DNA of 64,000 nucleotides from Candidatus Kapaibacterium sp. (lineage in GTDB: Bacteria; Bacteroidota; Ignavibacteria; Kapaibacteriales; UBA2268). Numbering within the stretch: the first letter of the stretch is position 1; every line of letters starts with the position of its first letter. Under the pieces are notes generated by a model, which was not told where the DNA came from, did no database searches, and was given only the letters and a program-made list of their open reading frames with translations. Location: assembly GCA_963665665.1 (NCBI GenBank), contig OY762428.1, positions 2,255,007 to 2,319,006 on the forward strand. The letters run 5' to 3'. Positions 52,500-62,589 of the stretch are shown here, piece after piece. Position numbers and translations under genes: made by a program.

Positions 52500-53369
52500 T
52501 TAAACCAGAATATCTCCATTTTCAGAAAGGTATCCATATTTTTTCATTATTTCCGAATGGTTTGCGATTATTGATTCAACCATAGCATCGTTCAGCTGAT
52601 TTCGCCAGGCGCCCTTTTTGCCTTTGCGGAAGAAGGATTCGGATTTTGGATTCTTTTCCTTAAAGCCGTGCTCTTTTTCCATTTCTTTTAATTTGTCAAA
52701 TGTGCTTAGTCCAACTGCTTTTGAAATTTGCCCGTGCGTGTAATCGAAATCTGTAAATTCCAAAGCCCGTGTGAATTCTTTTACAGGATCGTCCTTCATA
52801 TCTTCATATCTCAAAATAATAACCGGAATTTTATCCTGCTCAGTCCAGCTTCTGATATGCAGGCTCCATGACAGGAGTTTTTGCCTAAGCTGGTTATGAA
52901 GAGTACCGTCGTTGGTACAAAAAGCGAAATTCTCGTTGTTCATATCCAGGATACTTTTATGAATCGGTTTATTTGAATGATGTGCAAAGGAACAGGCTAC
53001 ATCAAAAGGATTCCTTATAATATATACAGCTGAATGGCTAATTTCTTCCGGGAACATTGGCCGCCCGTCAGGTAGAAGTGTATAAGCGTCATGCGTTTTC
53101 AGGAATCGTTTGTCTTCTTCAAATTCATCGGCAAGGTGTTTGTATATATCCGGCCTTGCCAGGTCAATCTCATCCATTGTCAGATCGGAAGCGGCAGTTC
53201 CGGCCAGATCGTCAAATGTATCCCGGCTGCTGGAAATAGGGCCTCCAGTCAGGTTATTTATATCTGCCGGTTCAGAATAACCCATTACAAGATTTGTGAA
53301 AAATACTCTGAACCATGTGTTACCTGATTTTGGGTAGGAGGCAAGCCAGATTATTTTTTTATTTTCCAC
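52500..53369 (-). CDS. PAPS-dependent sulfotransferase
   Basis: 5'-PSB motif SYPKSGNTWFRVFF and 3'-PB motif IIRNPFDVACSFAHH; 289 aa. It apparently starts at GTG and overlaps the kinase gene stop. Confidence 0.8.
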   Translation of the reverse strand: MENKKIIWLASYPKSGNTWFRVFFTNLVMGYSEPADINNLTGGPISSSRDTFDDLAGTAASDLTMDEIDLARPDIYKHLADEFEEDKRFLKTHDAYTLLPDGRPMFPEEISHSAVYIIRNPFDVACSFAHHSNKPIHKSILDMNNENFAFCTNDGTLHNQLRQKLLSWSLHIRSWTEQDKIPVIILRYEDMKDDPVKEFTRALEFTDFDYTHGQISKAVGLSTFDKLKEMEKEHGFKEKNPKSESFFRKGKKGAWRNQLNDAMVESIIANHSEIMKKYGYLSENGDILV

Positions 53370-54273
53370 TATTAGCCTCCAAATCTTTTAGTATTGCGTC
53401 AACAATCATTGCAGGATCCGATTTCATCCTAATCCTGTTAAGTTTTCGTATAAAGATATCTTTGGAGTTTGCTATTTGTGTTAAAAAGATAAAATGTTTG
53501 TCCGGCTGTCCGGTTCTTTGAACAAATCTTTTACGGTATGTTGAATTTCTTAGAAATTTGATTTTCTTAATTGAATCAATTTCTGATATTTCAATATCTT
53601 CAAAAGGCCCCGGCTTTATAAAATATATTCCCATTACCGGCCTTGATTTTTCAATATCGTGTATTGATATTGGAATTCTGAATTTTTCCTGTTCTTCTCT
53701 TATCTTTTCGATATTTGAATAATCTGTTTTCAGCATTTTCAGGCTGTCATTCCAAAGTTTAATCTCTGAATGTCCGGGAATTATTGATATAATCCCATCG
53801 TCGTCTATAGTTAATAATGAAGTATCGTCACAAAGCAGGCCGTATCCTCTTTTTACAAATTCAGCGGCAATGGTGGATTTTCCGGCGCCTGATTTCCCTG
53901 AGAAAAGTAATGCCCTGCCATCGATTTCCACTGCGCTGGCATGGAGGGCGAATATTCCGCGCTGATGCGCCAGGGCCCCGAGAACTGATCCGAAAAGGAA
54001 TACTTTTAACTCGGATTCCGAAGTATCGGGATTAAGGTCAACAGTAATAGTCCTGCCGTCTTCAACAAGGAATCTTCCCACGCTTTCTAAGTTAAATAGA
54101 AATTTGCCCGGGGCTGCGGAATATAAAGGATAGACCTGTGCATTTCCGTTCAATTTTTCAGGTACGTCACCTTTGCGGATTATAACATCGCTTTCTTTTT
54201 CTGTTTCCGGAAGTCCGGAAAACTCGAATTCCGAGTCAAATACAAAACCGTATGCGTAATATTTTTTTCTCAT
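53359..54273 (-). CDS. HPr kinase/phosphorylase C-terminal-domain-like kinase (lasso peptide kinase candidate)
   Basis: P-loop GKSGAGKSTIAAEF followed by LLCDDTSLL, as in the HprK_C fold. It is co-located with the lasso B1/B2/C genes, as in paeninodin-type clusters. Confidence 0.75.
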   Translation of the reverse strand: MRKKYYAYGFVFDSEFEFSGLPETEKESDVIIRKGDVPEKLNGNAQVYPLYSAAPGKFLFNLESVGRFLVEDGRTITVDLNPDTSESELKVFLFGSVLGALAHQRGIFALHASAVEIDGRALLFSGKSGAGKSTIAAEFVKRGYGLLCDDTSLLTIDDDGIISIIPGHSEIKLWNDSLKMLKTDYSNIEKIREEQEKFRIPISIHDIEKSRPVMGIYFIKPGPFEDIEISEIDSIKKIKFLRNSTYRKRFVQRTGQPDKHFIFLTQIANSKDIFIRKLNRIRMKSDPAMIVDAILKDLEANSGK

Positions 54274-54279
54274 AGTATA

Positions 54280-55302
54280 TTATTTGGTTTTAATTTTTAA
54301 ATAATCAAAAACTATATAAAATGGAATTAAAGGATAATTTAGGTATCTGAATATTCCGGGAAATTTAATTTTTGATATATATGATATAGAATAAAAAGAT
54401 CCAAAAAATATTTTCAATTTAAAAAAAATGGATCTTTTCAATTTCATTTTATAAATAATAGAATCAACAATACTATTAAAAGTCTTGATATCATAGGGAA
54501 TCAGTATTCTTTTTACACAGAAATCACTTAATTTTCCATGAAACTCTATATTATCATTCAACTTAATTTTGTGATTATAAATATACGATAAAAGATTTAA
54601 TAAAGGGAAGTAAAGGCGTTCTAAATGATATCTTTCCGCAAGTTTCCCTGCTGCAAAAAACAAATCAGGACGATTCATGTATATAAAATGTATATCCCGA
54701 AGCCAAAATAGACGATTCCAGAAATGTATTCCTCCATGAATAATCAAAAAAAGAATATTTTCTGTTGATAAGGAGCTATAATCTACATAAATTTTAGATA
54801 GGTCATATTCAGTGTTAACATTTTTGGGAATCCAATTATGTTTAAATAATTTCCAATGAAGTTCAATTAAAATATTGGTTTTTGAACTAACAAATTTCAT
54901 CTGATTATTTCTGCGAAATAATTCATTAAAATTCTCTTTGTTGTAATCACTATAATCCTTATAAATTTTAATATTGTTCTCAGTTAAAACTTGTATAGCT
55001 TTATTGATATTTTTAAATTCAATCAGGATATCAATATCTCTGCTCATCCTATCCGCCGGATCTGAGTATAGAAGCCCGGTTATTCCCGGCCCTTTCAGGT
55101 TTCTGAATTTAATTCCATTAATTTCAAGAATTTTGGAAATTCGTTTCAATTCAGTATTGATAACAAGCATTTTCCGGGTTTCTATTTTAATCAGGCTATC
55201 TATTTGTGTCAATATTGACTCGCTGAGATACGAACTATATAATTTCAATTTTCTAAGTGCAGGAAGAAGCAGGCGATGCCTTCTGCCAAGCTTTACAAAC
55301 AT
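54280..55302 (-). CDS. nucleotidyltransferase family protein (PF14907-like)
   Basis: 340 aa; ...GLLYSDPADRMSRDIDILIEF is consistent with a polymerase-beta-like NTase motif. It is the first gene of the minus-strand cluster. The ORF stays open upstream of the ATG to about 55470, so the true start is uncertain. Confidence 0.55.
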   Translation of the reverse strand: MFVKLGRRHRLLLPALRKLKLYSSYLSESILTQIDSLIKIETRKMLVINTELKRISKILEINGIKFRNLKGPGITGLLYSDPADRMSRDIDILIEFKNINKAIQVLTENNIKIYKDYSDYNKENFNELFRRNNQMKFVSSKTNILIELHWKLFKHNWIPKNVNTEYDLSKIYVDYSSLSTENILFLIIHGGIHFWNRLFWLRDIHFIYMNRPDLFFAAGKLAERYHLERLYFPLLNLLSYIYNHKIKLNDNIEFHGKLSDFCVKRILIPYDIKTFNSIVDSIIYKMKLKRSIFFKLKIFFGSFYSISYISKIKFPGIFRYLNYPLIPFYIVFDYLKIKTK

Positions 55303-55651
55303 CTGCCAGTCGAAACCTTTTTCAAGAAAATTGATAATAATATCTTCACGATAAGCTTCCGGGTGTTTTGTCAGCTCGATTAGTAAGATAAGTTCCTTAT
55401 TTGCATCATCTGTAAAAATTTTGATATACCTGTATATTATAGTTATAATATTACAAATATAATAAATACAATGTTACGCATAACAAATATAAGATTGAGT
55501 TTATTCCGAAGTGAAAATTAGCTGATAAATATATTCATTGCCTTCTGTTATACAAAACCGGGCAATTATCAAATATTTCTAAGCTATATCGTGAAGATTA
55601 ACTAATTTTGTATAAATATAGTTAATTGTTTTAAATAATATGGTTGTGATA

Positions 55652-56911
55652 ATGCTGGATTTGAAATTCATCAGGGAAAATGCCGAAAAGGTTATAACTA
55701 ATACCCACAATAAGAACGAAAAAGCAGATATTGATACAATTCTTGCCACCGACCTGAAAAGAAGAGAAATTATTCAGGAAGTTGACGAACTGAAAAACAA
55801 ACGTAACGTTGTATCAAAAGAAATTGCAATGCTAAAAAAAAATAAAGAAGATGCAACTGAAAAAATTAGTAGTATGAAAGAAGTATCCGAAAGAATCAAA
55901 GCGTTGGACGAGGAAATGCGCCACGTTGAGGAATACCTGAAGGATAAACTAATGCGTGTTCCAAATATGCTTCATGAATCTGTTCCTGTTGGTAAAAGTG
56001 AAAACGACAATATTGAAATAAGATCGTGGGGCGAGAAAAATGCAGATATTGATACCGACCATATAGAAATAGCAAAAAGGCTTGGCATTATAGATTTTGA
56101 AAGAGGCGCTAAAGTTACAGGATCAGGATTTGCTTTTTATGTTGGTAAAGGCGCCGCCCTGGAAAGAGCCTTAATAAATTTCATGCTGGATCTGCATATA
56201 AACAAACACGGCTACACAGAAATTATACCTCCCTTTGTTGTAAACAGGGAGTCAATGAACGGTACAGGACAGCTTCCCAAGATGGAAGAGGACATGTACC
56301 ATGCAACAGAAGACGATGTATTTTTAATTCCTACATCCGAAGTTCCGCTGACAAATTTTCATGCCGGGGATATGATTAAACCAGAAGAACTGACTAAAAA
56401 ATTCTGTGCATATTCTCCATGCTTCAGGCGCGAGGCAGGATCGTACGGAAAAGAAGTACACGGGTTCCTGCGAGTACATCAGTTTAATAAAGTAGAAATG
56501 GTGAAATTCACCAAACCCGAGGATTCCTGGAATGAATTAGAAGCTCTTACGAATGATGCTGAAGAAGTACTAAAAGAACTTGGCTTACCGTACAGGGTGC
56601 TTTTACTTTGTTCAGGTGATACCAGTTTTGGAAGCGCAAAAACTTATGACCTTGAAGTATGGACTCCGGGCGAGAAAAAATGGCTTGAAGTATCAAGCTG
56701 TTCCAACTTTGAATCTTTCCAGGCAAGACGGGCAAACATAAGATTCAAACCTGATCCTAAATCAAAACCGGAATTTGTTCATACTCTGAATGGCAGCGGA
56801 GTAGCTACTTCAAGAATAATGGTTGCTATACTTGAGAACAATCTTCAGGAAGACGGCAGGGTGGAAATACCTGATGTGTTGAAAAAATATTGTGGTTTTG
56901 ATTTTATATAA
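55652..56911 (+). CDS. serS: seryl-tRNA synthetase
   Basis: MLDLKFIRENAEKV start, N-terminal coiled-coil arm and class II core motifs; about 420 aa. Confidence 0.95.
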   Translation: MLDLKFIRENAEKVITNTHNKNEKADIDTILATDLKRREIIQEVDELKNKRNVVSKEIAMLKKNKEDATEKISSMKEVSERIKALDEEMRHVEEYLKDKLMRVPNMLHESVPVGKSENDNIEIRSWGEKNADIDTDHIEIAKRLGIIDFERGAKVTGSGFAFYVGKGAALERALINFMLDLHINKHGYTEIIPPFVVNRESMNGTGQLPKMEEDMYHATEDDVFLIPTSEVPLTNFHAGDMIKPEELTKKFCAYSPCFRREAGSYGKEVHGFLRVHQFNKVEMVKFTKPEDSWNELEALTNDAEEVLKELGLPYRVLLLCSGDTSFGSAKTYDLEVWTPGEKKWLEVSSCSNFESFQARRANIRFKPDPKSKPEFVHTLNGSGVATSRIMVAILENNLQEDGRVEIPDVLKKYCGFDFI

Positions 56912-57251
56912 TAATATTTAATTATTCTTTATGTTATTATATATAAAGGTGTGGATAAGTTGAAAAATGAAACAAATGCGGTTATAACTCTTATATTTTT
57001 CTTTGATTGTTAAATTTAAAATTCTATTTTTAACTGTTGAAAAGAATGTTGATAAAAAGAATTAATTCACAGGGCGGTGTAAAAATAATTGTTGATAATG
57101 TCAAACAATGATTTTTTCCACAATTTTTAAAAATATGTTTTTGGATTATCCACATGAATAAAAACTGCATGTTGAAAAGAAAAAGATAAGTTCGGATGGA
57201 AATTATAACCATTAAAGAATAAAGAATTTAAAAAATTGAAACGGAATAGAA

Positions 57252-57692
57252 ATGAAAATTGCATTTGCATCTGATCACGCAGGATTCAAATATAAAAAGG
57301 AACTTTCAGCATGGCTGAAGACAAAGGAATACAAGATACTTGATTTTGGAACTTATGTAGAAGAATCAGTAGATTACCCGGATTATGCCTTTCCGGCTGC
57401 GGAAGCAGTAGCTTCAGGTGTAGCAGATCTTGGCATAATTATTTGCGGTTCCGGGGTTGGTATGAGTATTGTAGCAAATAAAGTTACAGGTATTAGAGCA
57501 GCAAATTGCTGTAATGCCGAAATGGCAAGGCTTGCCAGACAGCACAATAATGCCAATGTACTGACTTTCGGCCAAAGAATGGTGGATATTGAAACTGCAA
57601 AGGATATGATCATTGAATTCCTGGAGGGTGAATTTGAAGGAGGACGCCACATGATAAGAGTTGAAAAAATTCATAACCTTACTGAGAATTGA
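57252..57692 (+). CDS. rpiB: ribose-5-phosphate isomerase B
   Basis: MKIAFASDHAGFKYK..., 146 aa, RpiB/LacAB family. Confidence 0.9.
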   Translation: MKIAFASDHAGFKYKKELSAWLKTKEYKILDFGTYVEESVDYPDYAFPAAEAVASGVADLGIIICGSGVGMSIVANKVTGIRAANCCNAEMARLARQHNNANVLTFGQRMVDIETAKDMIIEFLEGEFEGGRHMIRVEKIHNLTEN

Positions 57693-57878
57693 TCTGATAT
57701 GTTTCCGAAAATTATTGAGCCCTGTATTTTTACAGGGCTTTATTATTTAAATTAGTTGATTCTTTTAGAATAATAGACTTATTATTTCACAAACATTTAT
57801 AAGTACCTAAATTATTCCTTTGAAAGAATATTCTAAATTACTATTTTATTATATAATATTATTATTGAGGATTAAAAA

Positions 57879-59177
57879 TTGAAACAGAGTGATTTCAACA
57901 CTTATTTGAATGAAGCAAATCTTAGTAATACCAGACTTATCTCTATTGTTGCTTTGGTTGCACATTTCCTTTCTTTTTTCACAGTTGAAATTCCTATACT
58001 TCAGTCAAATCTTCAGATAGCTTCCTTATTAAGATTTATACCAATAATTTATTTTACCGTTTTGATATTTGTTGTTTTTATAAAAAAGGAGATAATAAAA
58101 GATAGTATTCAATTTTTATTATCATTTGGAATGATATTGAGCATTTTGCCAGTATCATATAACGGAAGCTTAATAGCTGAAATAGAGAATAATTATTTTA
58201 TCGGGACAATGGGTTATTTACAAGTACAATTTGCTTTTGTTACTTTCATTACAGTTTCGAAGTTTTATAATTATTTTACGTTGTTTGCAACAAGTATTTT
58301 ATTTGCAGTACTATGCTTAATTGTTCCTGAAGATCCAATGAGTTTGCAATATCCTGTTATAGTACAGGCACAGTTTTTTTTCATATTGATTCTAATATTC
58401 ACACATCATTTTATATATAAATCAAAAATGGAGAATTTTAATAAACAGGAGGAACTTAAAAGAATAAATAAAGTACTGGAGGAAAATGTTAAGTCAAGAG
58501 ACAAATATTTTTCAATATTATCTCATGACCTGATTAATCCTATTCAGGCAATTATGCTGACGTCTACAATGCTTAGAAATAATTATATGAAGTATTCTGA
58601 GGAAAAACTCGGGAAAAAAATAAAAACTCTTCACGTTACAAATATACGTTTAATGAATTTTGTAATAAATATATTGAACTGGACAAGATCACAGAGAGGA
58701 AGAATAGTTTTTGAACCGGAAAATGTAGATATATATGAAATGATAAATGAAATTGTTTCATTATATAAGACAAATGCAGAAATTAAAAATATTGAAATAG
58801 AAATTCAAATACAAAAAGGTTCAGTTATTTTTGTTGACAAAAATATGATAGAAACTGTATTCAGAAATCTTATATCAAATGCAATTAAATTTTCAGAAAA
58901 ATATGAGAAAATAAGGATTGTATCAGCTATCAATGAAAATAATATGATCATTGATTTTGTGGACAGAGGAAAAGGAATAGAACCGGAAGAGTTAGAGTAT
59001 TTATTTTCATCAGAAAAAAGATCAAAATTAGGTACTTCAGGAGAGAAGGGGACCGGATTAGGATTAATTCTCTGCAAAGAATTTGTTGAAAGAAATAATG
59101 GTAATATTAAAGTTGATTCTTTACCGGGATTAGGTAGTACATTTACAGTAACATTGCCTATGAAAAACGACAATTAA
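57879..59177 (+). CDS. membrane-bound sensor histidine kinase
   Basis: An N-terminal region of about six TM helices, the HisKA H-box LSHDLINPIQAI and a HATPase_c domain (GTGLGLILCKEFVERNNGNIKVDSLPGLGSTF). The start codon is TTG in the track. Confidence 0.75.
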   Translation: MKQSDFNTYLNEANLSNTRLISIVALVAHFLSFFTVEIPILQSNLQIASLLRFIPIIYFTVLIFVVFIKKEIIKDSIQFLLSFGMILSILPVSYNGSLIAEIENNYFIGTMGYLQVQFAFVTFITVSKFYNYFTLFATSILFAVLCLIVPEDPMSLQYPVIVQAQFFFILILIFTHHFIYKSKMENFNKQEELKRINKVLEENVKSRDKYFSILSHDLINPIQAIMLTSTMLRNNYMKYSEEKLGKKIKTLHVTNIRLMNFVINILNWTRSQRGRIVFEPENVDIYEMINEIVSLYKTNAEIKNIEIEIQIQKGSVIFVDKNMIETVFRNLISNAIKFSEKYEKIRIVSAINENNMIIDFVDRGKGIEPEELEYLFSSEKRSKLGTSGEKGTGLGLILCKEFVERNNGNIKVDSLPGLGSTFTVTLPMKNDN

Positions 59178-59182
59178 TAAAA

Positions 59183-60337
59183 TTAGATTCTAATACTGTA
59201 ATGTTTATCCGGATTATAATTAATTAATTCAGATGTTATTTTAATAAATTTTTCTATACCAACAGCAGCGATAAAATATAATATAGAAGTATGTCTTTCC
59301 TGAAGCATACCATCAGGAAAAATTAAATTAAAGATAAGGTTATCCTGATGTTTTTTTTTCAAATTATTTATTATATCTGAAGGTAAAATAGTTGCAGAAT
59401 AACGTGGGATCAAAGTAGGAGGATTAAATCCAAAATGTTCGAATAATGGATATAATAAAATTTCTTCACCAATCTCTGAAGGGCTGCAAATTTTCTTACC
59501 GGGCAACAGAATATCTATTAGGAAGGTTTTAAGCATAACAGCTGGTATAAGTTTATCAAGACTATTAATATCAGCTGTAAATTTGAGTAACTCATTATCC
59601 CTGATATATTCAAGATTATAAATCGAAGTTTTAGGATTAATATTCAATCCTTTTTTTGAGATATAAGAAAATGATTGACTGACGATATCAGTAAATTTTC
59701 CTGGATTATTTAATTCATCTGTTATAAAAAAATCTACAATTTCAGAATTTAATAATTCAGACAAATAAATATAATCGATGTTTTCATTTTCAAATAAATA
59801 TTGAAGATAATTCTTAAAAGCATAAATTATTGTTTTTCCAGGTTCATATATTTCAAACAATTTTAATTTAATATCATTATAATGCTTAAAACCGGAAAGA
59901 ATTGATATAATATTTTCAATTTGATCAATACTATCAGCTGGACAATCTCTATACTTAATTAGTTTTCTATTTTCTTTTGTTGAATCAGAAGGAAAATGCA
60001 TTTCTACTGTATCCATATTCTCATCTAATAGCTTAACGCCGGACAATTGCATATTATCAATGCAAAGATCATCAATAATTAATTTTCCAATTTTATTACA
60101 TTTAAGATAGGATATTAAGGAAAGAATTTTAAAATAGTTTGATAAAGTGCCACCGGCAAAAAAAGGCTTGATAATAGTAAATAGATTATCTTCAGATTGA
60201 GACAATTCTATATATGAATGAGAAATATTTAATGAAAAATCAGAAAAAATATCAGTTATGAAATTATCATTTTTTAGGAAATTATTAAAAAATTCCGGAA
60301 ATCCGGGAATTGACGAAAACTCTGTTCCTTCTATCAT
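59183..60337 (-). CDS. hypothetical protein
   Basis: A 384-aa ORF, AT-rich and Ile/Asn/Lys-rich, with no recognisable motifs. Confidence 0.4.
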   Translation of the reverse strand: MIEGTEFSSIPGFPEFFNNFLKNDNFITDIFSDFSLNISHSYIELSQSEDNLFTIIKPFFAGGTLSNYFKILSLISYLKCNKIGKLIIDDLCIDNMQLSGVKLLDENMDTVEMHFPSDSTKENRKLIKYRDCPADSIDQIENIISILSGFKHYNDIKLKLFEIYEPGKTIIYAFKNYLQYLFENENIDYIYLSELLNSEIVDFFITDELNNPGKFTDIVSQSFSYISKKGLNINPKTSIYNLEYIRDNELLKFTADINSLDKLIPAVMLKTFLIDILLPGKKICSPSEIGEEILLYPLFEHFGFNPPTLIPRYSATILPSDIINNLKKKHQDNLIFNLIFPDGMLQERHTSILYFIAAVGIEKFIKITSELINYNPDKHYSIRI

Positions 60338-60340
60338 AAA

Positions 60341-60952
60341 TTATAAGGATTTAAGTATTACTGAAAACACAGGGCCGCTTATATCAGAACCGGACATTCC
60401 GTAAAAATCTACACCGGAAATTATCCTGTAAGAAAAATTAAATCCAACATGAAAGGATTCATAGAATCTGAAATTTATCCCCGTATATGGTTCTATAATA
60501 AAAAACCAGTCACCACCGTCACCAACCGGCACATCAATATCACTTGAAGCTGAAATATCAACGGTACCAGTACCAATTAGAGATCCAAAACTTAAATGAG
60601 TTCTGGATAATATTGGTAATAAATATTCAATCTCTGCTCCACCATAACCTAACTGTAGAAATGTACCGGTATTTTCAAAATTGCTAAAATTAAAATCTAC
60701 ATTATGAGATAATAAAGAATAGAAACCAAGACCGATAAAAACATTCTCATTTGCCATTATACCTGCTTTACCACCAAATTCAAAGCCATAATTATCGATA
60801 GTTTTTGCAGATTTTAATCCAAGGGAAAATAAAAATTTTCCTGATTTACTTTCATTTTCATTATAACGGGTTTTACCTGTGCCTCCGGGAAGAACCTGAG
60901 AGTGAAGTGATGTTAAATTTAAAAACAATAGAATTAATAATATTTTTTTCAT
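60341..60952 (-). CDS. outer-membrane beta-barrel protein (porin-family-like)
   Basis: Signal peptide MKKILLILLFLNLTSLHSQ, alternating hydrophobic beta-strand pattern, Gly-rich, and a terminal aromatic-rich strand. Confidence 0.5.
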   Translation of the reverse strand: MKKILLILLFLNLTSLHSQVLPGGTGKTRYNENESKSGKFLFSLGLKSAKTIDNYGFEFGGKAGIMANENVFIGLGFYSLLSHNVDFNFSNFENTGTFLQLGYGGAEIEYLLPILSRTHLSFGSLIGTGTVDISASSDIDVPVGDGGDWFFIIEPYTGINFRFYESFHVGFNFSYRIISGVDFYGMSGSDISGPVFSVILKSL

Positions 60953-60983
60953 AGTAATATCAATAATTTTAAAAATGTAATAA

Positions 60984-61679
60984 TTATTTTGTTAAACCTC
61001 TATTAAAGAAATCAAGTAAAGGCGTAAGAGCAAATCCGCTATTAATAATATATTCTTTTATTTCAGATGTATAGATTATTTCCTGATCAATCTTACCATA
61101 AAATGTAAAAGATTTGTTTTTAAGTAAATCACCGGCAGGATGGTCTTTTGGAAATCCTCTTGGCACTGTCTTAAGTTTTTCGCCTTCAAATTCATCAGGG
61201 AAATATTTTCTGAAGGAATTTGATTCTATAAGATTGTAATATTCTTCATAGTTTTCTGAAAGAAGTTCACGTATCTTACGTAATTCTTCTGACGGGGGAG
61301 TATGAATGCCACCGGCAACAAAACATTCCTTAGGTTCAACATGGAAATACAAGCCCAAAGCATTTATTGGTTTTTTTGAAATATTTCCTATCGAATATGG
61401 AAAGAACAAGCCCATATTTGTCTTATAAGGAGACTTATCCTTACTAAAGCGGATATCTCTGTTAATTCTGAAGGTTGATATTTTAGGGTCGGCAATATAA
61501 TTCAGTTCCCTTTCGGCAAACATATAAGATAGATCTGAAACCACAAGTTTATTTGTATCACGAATTTCTTTCTCGTAATACTTACGGTTTTCATCAAACC
61601 ATTCTTTTGAATTATTATTAGATAAATCATCAAAGAACTGTATTAGTCCCTTATCGTAACCATTAAATTTAGATTCCAT
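60984..61679 (-). CDS. DUF2461 (TIGR02453) family protein
   Basis: The N-terminus ...LIQFFDDLSNNNSKEWFDENRKYYEKEIRD matches the conserved start of the TIGR02453 family. Confidence 0.55.
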   Translation of the reverse strand: MESKFNGYDKGLIQFFDDLSNNNSKEWFDENRKYYEKEIRDTNKLVVSDLSYMFAERELNYIADPKISTFRINRDIRFSKDKSPYKTNMGLFFPYSIGNISKKPINALGLYFHVEPKECFVAGGIHTPPSEELRKIRELLSENYEEYYNLIESNSFRKYFPDEFEGEKLKTVPRGFPKDHPAGDLLKNKSFTFYGKIDQEIIYTSEIKEYIINSGFALTPLLDFFNRGLTK

Positions 61680-62563
61680 TATTTGCTCCAGGAATTATTT
61701 TTATTAAAAATAAAGAAAGCGTTATCAATACCTGCGGGTTCAATAGGAAAAAAAGATAACTGTTTGTGGTTAATAAGGTTATAATTTCCTATTGGATAAT
61801 CATCTTTTAATTTAATTAAATTCTTATTAATATTAAGTTTATCGGATAAATTACTAATGATATCGAATTCATTAAAATATTCTGATGAGCATATATTTAT
61901 TATTTCATTCTTGTTGATGAATGAATTAATCAAAGATAAAGATATATCATCAGTAAAAACAGGATTGAAATAATAATTCTTAGATAAGTATATTTCCTTG
62001 TTTTTAAGTAGTTTAAATATATAGAAGCGTATAAAATCATCATTATTATATGATGTCTGGCCAAAAACACGGCCAAGACGAAATATCATAAAAGAATTAG
62101 CATCTATTCTAATAGCATTTTCACCTGCAAGAATAGACTGAGAGAATTTATGCCTTGTTGTTGGAGCAGATTCTTCTGTATATTCTTTTTTTGTTCCATC
62201 GAAGATCAAGTGTGATGAAAAAGATATTACATGACATTCAATAATTTTGCTGATACTTGCCGACAATTCATTAAGTTCTACATTAGAGTATATCAGATTT
62301 GAAGATTTTCCCCTGAACAGTAATGGGTCATGAATTAAAGAAGCATTTATAAGAATGTCAGGTTTATAATCAATAATAGATCTTTTAAGTTTCTTTAAAT
62401 CATTTTTTTCAAACTTAAAACTTTTTATACGCTCATCGTCAATTAAGCTTATATCAGATGAATAAAAAGCATGTAGTTCGTGGTCAGTTTCAAATTTAAT
62501 TATACGGTAAAGTGATTCACCTATTAAAGTATCAGACCCTATTAAAGCTATTTTGTATTTCAT
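61679..62563 (-). CDS. RmlD-like sugar-nucleotide reductase/epimerase family protein (NAD(P)-binding)
   Basis: KIALIGSDTLIGESL is a Rossmann start and ...RHKFSQSILAGENAI resembles the YGxTKLAGE block of dTDP-4-dehydrorhamnose reductases. This is a weak call. Confidence 0.4.
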   Translation of the reverse strand: MKYKIALIGSDTLIGESLYRIIKFETDHELHAFYSSDISLIDDERIKSFKFEKNDLKKLKRSIIDYKPDILINASLIHDPLLFRGKSSNLIYSNVELNELSASISKIIECHVISFSSHLIFDGTKKEYTEESAPTTRHKFSQSILAGENAIRIDANSFMIFRLGRVFGQTSYNNDDFIRFYIFKLLKNKEIYLSKNYYFNPVFTDDISLSLINSFINKNEIINICSSEYFNEFDIISNLSDKLNINKNLIKLKDDYPIGNYNLINHKQLSFFPIEPAGIDNAFFIFNKNNSWSK

Positions 62564-62589
62564 ATATTCAGGATGTTTCACGTGAAACA

